A DNA stretch of 63,380 nt, the filler included, from Blastocystis sp. subtype 4 (Eukaryota), in NCBI RefSeq assembly GCF_000743755.1. It is 4 parts of 4 records of this genome, joined end to end, with 100 filler letters (N's around TTAATTAATTAA, not from the genome) between each part and the next. Parts side by side here need not be neighbours in the genome. Positions count along the whole stretch, not along the records: positions 16,145 to 32,179 come from NW_014569298.1; positions 32,280 to 48,256 come from NW_014569297.1; 2 more parts are not named here. One strand, 5' to 3'. This document shows, in pieces, positions 25,001 to 38,619 of the stretch (position 1 is its first letter; every line of letters starts with the position of its first letter). The translations under genes and the position numbers were made by a program. Under the pieces are notes generated by a model that had not been told where the DNA came from, did not search any database, and saw only the letters and a program-made list of their open reading frames with translations.

Positions 25001-25482
25001 CAGTGGAATGAGTATGGGAGGTGATATGTTTGGAGGAATGAACTCGGCTCCTTCTGGAATGTCGGGAATGAACATGGGAGGTGACATGTTCGGAGACATG
25101 AATCCTGTTGCTGAATCCAAACCAGCTACCTCATCAAATCTTAATGGAATGAGTATGGGAGGTGACATGTTTGGCGGAATGAACTTCTGGAATGTCGGGA
25201 ATGAACATGGGAGGTGACATGTTCGGAGACATGAATCCTATTCCTGAATCGAAGCCTGCTCCATCCTCCAATCTTAATGGAATGAGTATGGGAGGTGATA
25301 TGTTTGGAGATATGAATACAAACTCATCCAATGACATGTTTGGTGGAATGGACAGTCAACCAACTTCGTCAGGTCTCAGTGGAATGAGCATGGGAGGTGA
25401 TATGTTCAGTGATATGAACTCAACTCCTTCAGGAGGTTTAAGTGGAATGAGTTTTGGTGGCGATATGTTCAGTGGCATGTAG
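22014..25482 (+). CDS. SCYL2: SCY1-like pseudokinase (SCYL2/CVAK104 type) with HEAT repeats and a DMFG-repeat tail; 1-nt frameshift near 25185
   Basis: GGPHFCWK, LRHP, FVTERV, FLH...VHLDLCPENI...WKLAGFGF, SYSAPE, DMWSLG, followed by HEAT repeats. Confidence 0.85.
24250..25480 (+). repeat. Coding repeat array of 21 DMF[GAS]xM motifs
   Basis: Recurrent GGAGGTGA(C/T)ATGTT(C/T)GG; near-identical ~170-nt blocks at about 24610 and about 25090. Confidence 0.9.
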
Positions 25483-25532
25483 AGTTGCGATAGCTTGTAG
25501 TTCAACTGTTTGTAAACAAATTCATAACCCAA

Positions 25533-27828
25533 TCACTTCTTGCCCTTCTTTCCTCTTCCTCCCTTCTTACGACGCACATTACTCTTATCCACCATCACCT
25601 TATCCACAGCCGTGGGATTCTCACTACGTTTCTTTGCATCGAACTTGTCCATTTCCGACTGCGATACATGTTCTCCCTGAGCACCCACACCAGTCACTCC
25701 CAGATTCTGTTTCTTACGACGCTTGAATGCAACTCGGTCCTCCTTTGCCAACCAACGCTCAGGATCCAGAGATGAGGGCTCACGATACTTACCTTTCTCC
25801 TTCAAAGAAGCCACGAACTTAGCTGTTCGACGAGCCCGCTTCTTTTGATTCATCTTTCTCTTCTTCTCAGCAGCCTAGTCCTCATCATTCTCAATCAATC
25901 CTACCAGCTTCCTAACATTCTCCACAATACCTTCCACTTGAGTAGGTTCCTCCTCCATCATGGGCTCTGGAGTGGTTGGTTGAGATAGAGCCATAGCAGC
26001 AGGAGTAGGATTGGAACGTTTGAGGAAGTCACGACGACGTAACATATCTTCCAGCTCGTCAACATCAACGTCTTTCACAACACCAACCTCAGGGAGATGA
26101 CTTCCCAAACGGATGGCTTCAGCCTTATCTGTATGTGCTGTTGCCAGAATCAGACGCGATGTCAGAAGAATACGCTGTGTTGGATCCAAAGAAGGAGACT
26201 CGAGAAGGGATTGGAGGTATTTGGAAGCAAGGTCGTATTGTTGTGACTCGAAGAAATAGGCAGCTGTTGCCTGTTTTGTGGACATCATGACTTCTTCTGT
26301 CTCATCAGCAGAGGACTCAAGTTTGTCTACCAACTTGTCCACAAGAGCAGTATCGTGAACATGTTGACAGAGTGCAAAGAATAATGACTGTAGCGCAGGA
26401 GTGTGCAATAAGTGGCTTGGGAGTGAGGAACAAGCCTGAAGAGCCTCTGAATAATTGCGCTGATCCAACAACGTTTGAAGCTGAAGTAATCGCAAATCAC
26501 GGTTATTGGGATATTTCTGGATAGCATCAGTGAGGGTGGTGAGAGCTTCTTGCTGTCGATTCTTGATTAGCTGGTCACATACTCGTACCACAGTCGCAGA
26601 GGCTGCGTCCAATTCATTTAACTGTTTCTCGAGTTCCTTTCTCTAGAGATAAGAAAGACAAAAAACGAAAACTCGATTCATTAACATCAGAAGCACTGCA
26701 CGATTGAATTGAAGAGCTGCCCGTTGATCATTTGTAAGTTTGGAGATCACTTCAGAAGAGATGGACTTCAAACTAAGGATGACTTGGGGCTTCTGTTCTC
26801 ACCGCTTAGCACTCTCTGTCAGCTCAACACATCCTCGAACAGCAACTAGATTAGATGTAGCAATAGCTTGAATGACCTTGCTACTGCTTCCATGATTCAA
26901 TACATTCATTAGACTCTTCTCAGCAGCAACGTTATCACCATGTCGAGATGCAATAAATGCTAGTTGGATACGAATGGGGTCCAACTCCGTCTCCTCTCCT
27001 TCATCAACTACATCTAACTCTTGCTCTTCTCCTTCATTCAACTGCTGTCGACCCAACTGGAGAGCACGACGCAGTACAGACTCAGCCTCCGTGAGCTGAC
27101 CACTGTAGATCAAAAGAGTTCCATAGTTATAGAGTACTTCATAGCTCTGACTATTCTAGAGATCATTCCAACGGGATAGAAGGACCTTGTACTTCTCTAA
27201 TAAGGAAGAACCTTCTTCAATGTGATCACTTAGGAGATAGGCTGCAGAAAGATTTGTCAAATAGTCGTACTCTTCCTACAAAGTCAGGATTCCATAATTC
27301 AGCTACAGAGCGAGAAATGGCCTGATACAATTTGAGACTCTCGTCATAGCGTTCGAGACGATATAGCACTTGAGCCTTCAATAATTTGGAGTTCTGGTCA
27401 TCTGCATTTCTCTTGTTCAATAAGGCTAGAGCTTCTTCATACTATTCACTTAAGTTGAATATCCTAAAGTACTTTCTGCTTCATATACAAACAGTATACA
27501 CGTTCATTGTAGAAATCTTGAGCCGATTTATCAATTACCTTAATGGCTTCATCATACTAGGTTGTAAATCATTAAATTGACAAAGAGTACTTTTCCTGAG
27601 TTAATGTAACATACAATTCTACATTTCTGTGCATCGGCGTCATCAGGAAGAGTTTGTAGAACTACACAATAATAACGAACCTACCACTTTAACTCGTATT
27701 GGAAATGTCAAGAATGGATTTAGAATCATCGTTGTTCACAGCAGTAATCAATCTGCTGAACAAGCTTTCGATGCTCACTTGCTACAAATAAGTCGGACTT
27801 AATAGTAAGGATCTACACTTTGAGACAT
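25533..27828 (-). CDS. SRP72: Signal recognition particle subunit SRP72
   Basis: TPR repeats (LKAQVLYRLERY, YNYGT, DPIRIQLAF) and the RNA-binding motif DPERWLAKEDR. Confidence 0.93.
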
Positions 27829-28040
27829 AATCAGAAACTCTGGAGTTCCTCAGTGGCGAAAACAAGGAGATGCGAATGGCATAACCGGCGTTTTGGTGGA
27901 ACCATCAAATTGACCAACAAAGAGTAAACTCACTTAAGCATATAATCAAAGAGGATGAAAACTCCAGAGTGTAATATTTTGGAAAACAAAATGAGGGAAT
28001 AGGTGGAACAACCATACCAGCTATTTCACCTTGCAGAAAC

Positions 28041-29558
<1,518 letters not shown>

Positions 29559-29593
29559 TTTTTGGGATTGTTTCCTAATTCACAAACAAAATC

Positions 29594-32179
29594 TTATGAG
29601 TGTTTGATTGTAATCGAACGAATGAGAACTTGGAGTTCTTTATATTGTTTATCATCTGCCATTTGTTTGATTCTCTATCTATCAATTCTTATTTCAATTT
29701 CCACTTGTAGTTGTAACTGAACTCGAGTTAACTCTGTCTTCATAACACCAGATTCTTTCACTACTTCATCTAGTTGTTGTTCTAGAATATGCTTGTTTTG
29801 AAGGACTATGGAATCACATTCTCGCTCCTCCTACGTTGACTTTTGCTCATTGTTAATGCCCGATTTTCACTCTCTAAGGAACGAACTCGCTGCTCTAACG
29901 TTCGAGCTACTTGATTCTCATCACCTCCAGAGCTGATAGCGATCGTAGTTGAATCCATCTATATTACACATTCTTCCTTTCTCTACCTTATTCTCTTCAA
30001 GCTGTTTTATTCGTTTCGTTAGTTCTTCATTGGCTCTTAACAACAGTACGTACTCCTCCGACTCAGTTCCACTATTCTTCGTAGTTCCTCCCCGTTCCTA
30101 AATTGTTACACCTCTCACAATCCTACACGTCGTAAAAGGAACAATTCACGTGTTAACTGACTGTTTTTTGTAGTAACTACTTCACACTCTTTCTTGGCTG
30201 TTGCAGCCTGCATATTTGCTTCTGTTAGCAATGTTTGAAGTCGATTTAACTGCGCTTTTCCTAGCACGATCATCGCTTCATGCTTTTGAATTTGTTCTTT
30301 CAAACCTTTCGCTTCCTGATTCAATGTCTCATAATCCTCCTTTGTCTGCTTCATCATTCTCTCATATTCATCTTTCGCCTCTTGCATTGCAATGACATGA
30401 CGTTGTTGGATCTGTTCACAGATGGAGTATGCCATAGCGACATTACTCTTGGTTTCGGCACACTCAAGATCATACATCTCTTCCCATTTATCAATCTGGT
30501 TCTCATAATCGGAACGTACCCTTTCAAGTTCTAGTTGGGATTCCTGTAGGTTGCTTAATATCAGACATAAAACCCATGATCATACATCAGACTATCATGA
30601 TACTTCTCTTCACACTTTGACCGTGATTCTTGGGTTTCTAATAATGCACTCTGAAGTCCTTCAACTTGTCTACAATTGAATCTGATGTCCAGTCTCTACA
30701 ATTGCATATTCACACACTGTGTCCGACTCTCCTCCATTTCAAGTTCCAATTCATTCACACGTCGCTCTAACTGAGTGATTTGTCGAACACTGTCTCGATA
30801 TCGTTGTTCTAAAGCAGTTGATGTCTCACGCAGTGCTGCAAAAGCTCCCTCATCTACACGAGTTGCTTTTTCCTGCTCCAGCTCATGGACCCGAGAAGCA
30901 AGAAAAGATCGTTCTGCTTCAAGTCGTTGTAGTTGAGACTGCCTACATTATATTGTCGGGGCATACTTACAACTGAGGTGACACTTCCAGAAGAGGACTA
31001 AGAGCCGTCTCCAATCGAGGTCGTTTTAGAGGAGACTCTTGAGTGGTAGTGGCCTTCAGTTGTTGGCGATATCGGATTGTATCATCCTGCTCTGCTTTCA
31101 ACTCTGCCTTCAGTACTTCATTCTCACTAACAGCATCAGCAAGCTGTGCAGAGACAGATACTAATCCTCGTTCAGAAGCAGTAAGACGCATCTGAACATC
31201 TTTAAGCTCATTGGTTTTTTGGACGAGTTCCACATCAACGCTTCGGAGTCGATCGACTTCTTGTTGTAGTGACTATATCACAGAGAGCTCACAGACATAC
31301 TTCGACAGCTTCACAGCGATCTCTCATGGACTCAACCCGATCTTTGTAGCGATCACATAATACCTCCAATTTCTGGAGTTGCTCTTGTTGGGCTGCAAAG
31401 AGATCCAACTGTTCTCGACATTTCTGGAGTTCTAGCTTCTGTTCGTCGTATTCCTGCTGGAGCTGCTGTAAACGAGAAGCTTCTTGTACTGTAGTAGAAA
31501 GTGATGACTGGAGATCTTGAATTTGTTGTCGCAGCCCATCATTCTCCTCTCCCTCCTCATAGAGCTTACGTTGGTATTCCTTCTCTGATAGTAATTGCTT
31601 ATTGATGGCTTCATCCAATTGTTTTTGGGTTTGTTTCTATAGGGAAATGAATGGAGGAACAAAAAACCAGTTGTTCCGTAAGAGAATCACGCTGTTCTTC
31701 TAAGTCATTGATTACTGATAGGGAATAATCAACATGAGATTTTGATGAGAGGACATCGTCATACAATTCTTTCAATGTACTCTGGTCCTCTGGAGGCAAA
31801 GACATAATAGGTTGAACAAACCTATGATGGAACAATTAATAGGATAATACTGGGCTCGATGCTCACAATTCAGAGAATATACATATAATACTTGACAATA
31901 CTAGAATGAATAGGAGAGAAAAGAGGTACCTCCAAAACAGCATCACTCGAAACCGAAGAGGAAGTCGAAATATAAAATGGTATCTTCAAAACAGAGAGAT
32001 TAAGAAATCATACATCCACGAGTGATTGCAATTGTGTACACAGACGATGAAACACATAAGGCGTTAACACTGTGTCATTTACCTTCTCTTCATTACAAAG
32101 ACTACATAAAATGACTGTTATATGATTACACTTGATTGGAAAGAGTGATAAGAGTATTAGAAGAAATCAGTTCATTGAA
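29594..32179 (-). CDS. HOOK: Hook-family coiled-coil protein (5' end truncated)
   Basis: Hook-domain motif LNCEHRAQFVQPIMSLPPEDQSTLKEL followed by long coiled coils. Confidence 0.7.
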
Positions 32180-32279
32180 NNNNNNNNNNNNNNNNNNNNN
32201 NNNNNNNNNNNNNNNNNNNNNNNTTAATTAATTAANNNNNNNNNNNNNNNNNNNNNNNNNNNNNNNNNNNNNNNNNNNN
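32180..32279. other. Artificial contig spacer
   Basis: N44-TTAATTAATTAA-N44. Confidence 0.97.
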
Positions 32280-32506
32280 GCAGCTTTATTCGATGATGAC
32301 TGCGATCCTACCTTCATAGGAATGAAATCCTTCAGTTTCTGCATTCTAAAAGATTATTATAACAATGATTGTTGAGATGAACAAGAAATGCTGGAATCCG
32401 TTCGTCTGATGTATTGGGTGAACGAATATAGTGTTTGTTCAATCTTGGAATTCAAGGAAATGTACTGATTTTTGTATTCATTCATTACGACGTAGAAATA
32501 AGAATT

Positions 32507-33498
32507 ATGCTCTCTATCCGATCGCCTGCATACAAGGAACTCAGCCGCCAGTTTTTAGGTAGTCAACGACTCCTTCAGATCGGAAGAGATGTAGCTCTTT
32601 TTCTGTAGTTTCATGATAAGGTTTACTGTTACTATCATTTGATACCGAATACTCAGAAAAGACAGTTGCAGACGACTCCTCCCAAACAAGGGATTATCGG
32701 GGCTATTTTTCTTATTGGAGGTCTTTCCTGGTCCTATAGTTATCTAAAACGAGTCCATTTCTTTCAATGCCTTGATTTGTAGGAGAGTTACATTCGTCGT
32801 GGGATGATGCCTCCTCCATCGCAAGGACTATTGGCTACAACGATGAAGACATTCTTGGTTGCAGCAACTCTCCCCATTACCTTTCCCTATTTCATATATA
32901 AGATGATTAAGGGAGATTTGAGGTTTGACAATTTTGATACAATGAATAATTCCTTTAATTCAGGACATCATGACTATACTGCTTCCAAGTAATTTTAAGG
33001 GGTTGGATTAATTGTAGTCCGACGGGACAACGGGGCTATGGGAAAAGAATGGAATGGCAACACATTCCTGGATTTGGATGGCAGTATGTAGAAGTTGAGT
33101 ACGGTCCTGATAACTATTCGTGCTTATCATTGGGTATGAATAACGAATAGGAGTCGGCAAGGGCAACAGAACTATGACAACTTCTATCAGGATTTTGAGG
33201 ATTTCTTTGAGAATGCTCAGCGTCAGTATGGTCAACAGCAGCAGCAACAACAGCAAAGTTGGAGTTATGATGACATTTTTGGTAATCGCACTGGTATGTC
33301 TCGTCAGGAAGCTTACAAGGTGCTAGGATTACAGTATGGATTGTTATAGGTGTTAACAATAGGCCAAATGCAACAAAACAAGAGATCAAGCTTGCACATA
33401 AGAAGATGTTGATGAAGTATCATCCTGACCATGGTGGTTCAACCGAGATGGCTAGCAAGATCAACCAAGCTCGTGATGTGCTTTTAGGAAAGAATTGA
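32507..33498 (+). CDS. Membrane J-protein with a C-terminal Pam18/Tim14-type J domain
   Basis: MSRQEAYKVLGL...KLAHKKMLMKYHPDHGGSTEMASKINQARDVLL; upstream hydrophobic segments and a Q/G/Y-rich linker joined by ~30-nt introns. Confidence 0.8.
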
Positions 33499-33535
33499 CC
33501 ACTGTGTTTTACAAACAATTGACATAAAAGACACA

Positions 33536-34090
33536 TCACTTAGTAGAAAAGCTTTCTCCGCATCCACAGGTGGATGTAGCCAACGGATTATCGAAGACGA
33601 ATTCGGCTGAAATGTCATCCTCTTTGTAATCGATTTTCGTTCCAAGAATGTACATAAGGGAGTCGGCATCTACAACCACCTTGACACCTGTTAATGATAC
33701 AAAGCCACCATCCATACCGTTTTGCTCAATAACTTCGTCAAAAGGTCCTTCTTGGCCTGGAGCACAGTACTTCATCACATATTTATTTCCATTACAACCC
33801 TCTACCCATTATGATAACAATACCCAGAACGGACTCGTTGTTGTACTGAGTAGAAGACCAGTTCCTTGTGGCTTCTTTGACAACAATTCACGAACTCGAT
33901 CTTCAGCAGCCTTTGTCTATCCAGTTAGTACGAAACAAATAGTTCAAACCAGGGATACAGCTTGTGTTGCACCCTTCAGTGTTCGAGTTGCTTCCTTTGC
34001 TCCCGAATTGATGACTTTAGCAAAGGATCGGGAATAAGGCAGTGACGAAATAGAAACGAGACTGCGAACAGCAATAATCGATCGATACAT
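33536..34090 (-). CDS. ISCA1: A-type Fe-S cluster assembly protein Isa1/ISCA1 with a mitochondrial-type presequence
   Basis: RGCNG motif, GTKIDY, FVFDNPLATSTCGCGESF. Confidence 0.95.
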
Positions 34091-34157
34091 TTGGAAAAGA
34101 ATTGGATGGTTTCTATGTTTCCACGTTTGATGTCAAAAGGAAGATAGGTCATTTGTG

Positions 34158-35071
34158 TTAGATTCTATAGTTATATGTGTTGTTCGCACTGGACACTTGT
34201 ACATAGGAATTGGTCAAAGTGCTATCAGCTACAAATATCGTATATGGTGAATGCGTTGATCCAAGAAAACAGAATAATAAATATGAAGAGAAAAAGAACG
34301 GGTTGAGTGACGAGGAACGCAAATCCGTAATTCGTTTCCAGTCTGCTCAGTACTAAAGGAAACAACCACTTGAGAGGGATCAACAGGATAGGGAATCTCA
34401 CATTCCACATACCTGGTCATTGGATTCTACAGTCAAGAATGACAATAAAAAAGTACATTTTGTCCTTCAATGTTCACAGAGAAAGAATTCACAGTAGAGT
34501 TATCTTCACTGCATGTCCAGCACACGTTTACATCCTTCTGGAAGTGATTTGTCATGACAGTTCCTACTTTACTCACACCTTCAGGAAGGTAGATGGTGTA
34601 GACAGTAACAGAACCCATTGCATTGACAGAATATCGTGTTCTTTGAATCATGCGGTTGAAAAACGACGATACAGTCCACATCAAACTAGTCCTAATTCTC
34701 CACCTTCATTCTCACTTTGAAAATGCAATAGATGCTTGAGAAGGGAAATTGTTACTTCGAATGTATTGGATCCCCACATACAGGGCGCCAAATGCAAGAA
34801 TACCGACAAAAGGCATATTAAAAACTTGATTGATTACAAGAGCTGTTAGTGGAAGAGTCACAGGATGGTTGAACGGAATTACCTTATTCGTTCTTTCATC
34901 CTCTTCAAGCACCTTTAGAACCCCATAGGCAACAATGGAAGGTCCAACACCGAAGAATGCCATCGACAAAACAGTATTTCCAACTCCAACACAAATCCTG
35001 GACCGAGGAAACGGGTTTAATGAAGTACTATCCATAACAGACTTATCACCGGTAGCAACAATACCACACAT
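34158..35071 (-). CDS. Hypothetical protein with N-terminal TM helices and a possible Hsp20/alpha-crystallin-like C-terminal domain; 3' end uncertain
   Basis: ORFs 34712, 34433 and 34229 joined by ~30-nt introns; IYLPEGVSK...IPYPVDPSQVVVSF..ELRICVPR. Confidence 0.45.
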
Positions 35072-35167
35072 TTAGATAATAGTACAAAGGAAAACGAATC
35101 TCACTATCGAGTCTGCATTCTTCTAGAACAAACAGTTGAATGACTCATGATAAAAAACAAATCCATA

Positions 35168-36697
35168 CTATTCTTTAAGGGTGTGATTCTGAAAATGTTC
35201 CTTTCCAATTTGAATACTCTCCTTATACTAGCAATCATTACCCCATAAGAATATCTACTTTTTCAGCTAATTGTACATTAGTGGGATCGAGTTCACATCC
35301 ATGATAAAAGGCTTCAGCTGCATCAATGAAGCGTTCCTGGTGAAAGAGAACCATTCCCTTTCGGTAATAGCCTTTTGCCCACTCCGGTTTTAAACGAATA
35401 CAAGCTTCTGCATCTTCCATTGCCTTTGTGTCGTCATTCAAATGCAGATAACATGAACTACGATTGCTGTGCAAACTAGAATCAACAGTCAAAGTCAATC
35501 CTACATCACATTATCGGGATCGATGTCCAAAGCCGCTGTAAACATTTCAGCAGCTTCCTGATATTTCTCTTCCTTGAAGAGAGTTGAAGCTTCCTTGTCT
35601 TTGCGTCGAACAATCTCTTTTTCTACTGCAGAAAGGGTTCGCACTTGCTTTGGTTCTTCTACTGGTGGTTTGGAGGGTTCTTCAGGAGCGAACTTCTTAA
35701 GGATCTCTTCCACTGTCATGCTCTTGTAGTCCTCTGTGAAAGGAAGAAGGAGTTCGAGTACTTCTACCTGGGAACTTTCGGCAGCATAAGCAGCAGGTAC
35801 ACGACCTTTCACATCCTTGAGATTTGCAAGTTGATGGATCAGAGGATGTGAGAGGAAACACTTCACCGAAGGAATATGACCGCATTCGGCGACAATATGC
35901 AATGCTGTTTCTCCTTCTGGAAGAGACACCTGAGGATCAGCTCCATGATCCAGAAGTGATTGGATCATCGTAGCGTTCGTGTTCACAGCAGCATACAACA
36001 AGGGAGTGATTCCCTGTTCATCCTTCTCGTTGAGTTTTACATCATAATGAAGAAGGATTTGCATAATCTCAAAATTATTGTGTACGCATGCATGGTGGAT
36101 CGGTAATCCGTTGGATTTGGGAGATGACAGATTCACATTCGCTCCCCGATCGAGAAGCAACGTTACCATTTCAACATTATCCTGATCAATTGCGACATCC
36201 AGAGCAGGAATACAATCGGACTGGTTGATTTCAGCCCCATGGGCAAGAAGAAAGTTGATAATCTCTTTCAGATTTCCAATGACAGCATGATCAAGAGGTG
36301 AATAGCCATTGCTATCAACGACATGAATCTATTCCATCATTTTGAGTCCAATATTTGTACAGACGAAGGGTCATGTTCCAGAATCCATTTTGATGTATCA
36401 AGATGGTTGCGACTCACAGCAAAATGGATAGCTTTATGCCCGTCTCCATCACTTAATTCCGAAATCAATGTGTTAATGGACGAAACCTTCCCCTCCGCCA
36501 CTAATTTGTCAGCTAGGGTTCGAACTTCTTCAAAAGGACGTTCTAGTTAATTAGTAACGAAGTAATCTGTGATACCACAAATCGTTTTGAGCCACTCCAG
36601 AAACCATTTCTGCTCATCCTGATATATTTTCTTTTTGTCTGTTTCTTCTTCCTACAGTCTAATCATACACATCATCGGTTACGTTGACTTCACTCAT
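35168..36697 (-). CDS. Ankyrin-repeat + TPR protein
   Basis: GITPLLYAA, GETALHIVA; SNRSSCYL...CIRLKPEWAKGYYRKG. Confidence 0.9.
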
Positions 36698-37021
36698 TCG
36701 TAATCTTATGTGAGAATAGTTGAGATATTCATTCTCGAAGATTCTGGAATAATCCAATCGATTTAATTGAGGATTATTGGATTGATAGAATAATGACGAT
36801 GAATTAATTCGCTAGAGTTGAAATTCAAGAAGTTCGATTCTCGTGGTTATGTAGATTTATAGAAGTAATGTGGGACGTTGTATCTTTATCCAATTCTTGT
36901 TTGGAGTAGCTTCAATACAATTGTTTTCAATTATCTCATAATCGAATCTCAATTATATTCAATTAATTGGGACCACCCATTAACCTCAACTAATTCAAAC
37001 AAATTAATAACAACAAACAAT

Positions 37022-38434
37022 TCAGTTCATATACAAAGAAGTATCAATAGTGTCAGGAAGTGAAGGCACATCTACAGCGAACTTCAACTGCACCTGCTCC
37101 ATAATCTGTGCATCTTCAGGAGTCGAAATGAACGAAATGGCCAATCCCTTGGTTCCAAAACGACCGGCACGACCCACACGATGCAAGTACTCGTCTGCCT
37201 TCTCGGGGAAATCGTAATTGATCACGACATTCACTCTCTCTACATCAATTCCACGACCAAAGAGTTGTGTCGAGATCAGAATCAACACCTCAAAGTTCTT
37301 GAACTTCTTGAAGTTTTCCAGACGCGTCTCTGTGCGCATGTCACCTGTGATACAAATGTTGTGGAAACTATCGCTCTCCAGGATGCGAGACAACTCCTTA
37401 GCTCGCTGACTGTTGCGCACGAAGATCACAATCTGGTTGAAATTCAGTGTGTCCAACAGATCCATCAGCTTCTTCACCTTTTCTCTCTGGAATCAGACCT
37501 CATGACAAATCCTAACCTCGTCAATCTTCAAATAATACTGCTGCAGACCATGAAGCGTCAACGCACTCTCGTCCAGCTCGATCTTCAGAGGCTACCACTC
37601 ACTTGACCTCAGTATACTTACATCCTTCATGAACTTCAGACACACAGTCTTCACAGCAGCGGGAAGTGTGGCTGTAAACATCATCACCTGCTTATCAATG
37701 GGACATGCCATAAAGATGCTCTGGAGATCCGCACGCATCTTCACAGATTCCATGATATGGTCACATTCATCTACCACGAAGTGCTTCAGATGGTCCACCT
37801 TCATCCAACCTCGCTTGATCAGATCCAACACACGACCAGGTGTTCCCACCACAATTGAGGGATGCTGCGACAGGGCTTCTCTATCTAGGTTAATATTGCG
37901 ACCGCCGAAGAAAACTTCCGTCTTCACATTCGGCATAAAGTGTGTGAAACGTTTATACTCATTCTGAATCTGGTAAGCCAATTCCTTGGTATGAGCAATC
38001 ACAAGAACCTGGATGTCCTTATTCTCGGCATCTTCCTTCAGCATTTGCAGCGTTGAGATGACAAAAACGGCAGTCTTACCCATACCCGACTTGGCCTGAC
38101 AGAGAACGTCCTTGTTCGTGATAGCACGAGGAATACACGCATGCTGGACTATAGGATTACCAACTCTGATGATCAGCGTAGAATACCTTCAGAAGGGTGC
38201 TCGAAACCGCAATATGAAATTGCTTGCATAATCGCGTCCTTCAAATAGAAGTCCTTGAAACCGCTTGTGTTCATGCCCACATAATGGCCTCTAGACACCA
38301 TAAGAGATATACACCATTGCAAACTTGCGAGCGTCGGCATCCTCCTCTTCTTGAATGGGAGCCTCATTCACCGTCACCTCATCGGCTTCATCATAATCAA
38401 CAAGCTGCGCTTCAGCGGGATTCTCAGTACTCAT
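37022..38434 (-). CDS. DDX39B: DECD-box RNA helicase UAP56/Sub2
   Basis: [41 protein letters not shown]. Confidence 0.97.
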
Positions 38435-38619
38435 CTTTCAATGGTTCTTTATACATGCCGATAGTTACATCCACCAAAATCGAGGCGATTTTCGGAAACG
38501 ATTCAAAATCAACTACTCCTAATATTGATTAAATAGCATTAGTTCGTCTATCTGATTCTGTAATTAACAGTTCTGAACACAATTCAACAACAAACAGTTT
38601 TTGAACTCGACTAAACAAC

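Noticed and set aside
23951..25337. Long antisense ORFs over SCYL2 (and similar ones over other genes)
   Set aside because: Shadow frames of repetitive or codon-biased coding sequence.
24250..25480. CRISPR-like or mobile repeat array
   Set aside because: The repeats are in-frame coding with synonymous variation, there are no unique spacers or cas genes, and the context is eukaryotic.
36820..36850. GTTCGATTC resembling a tRNA T-loop
   Set aside because: No T-stem or cloverleaf can be formed around it.
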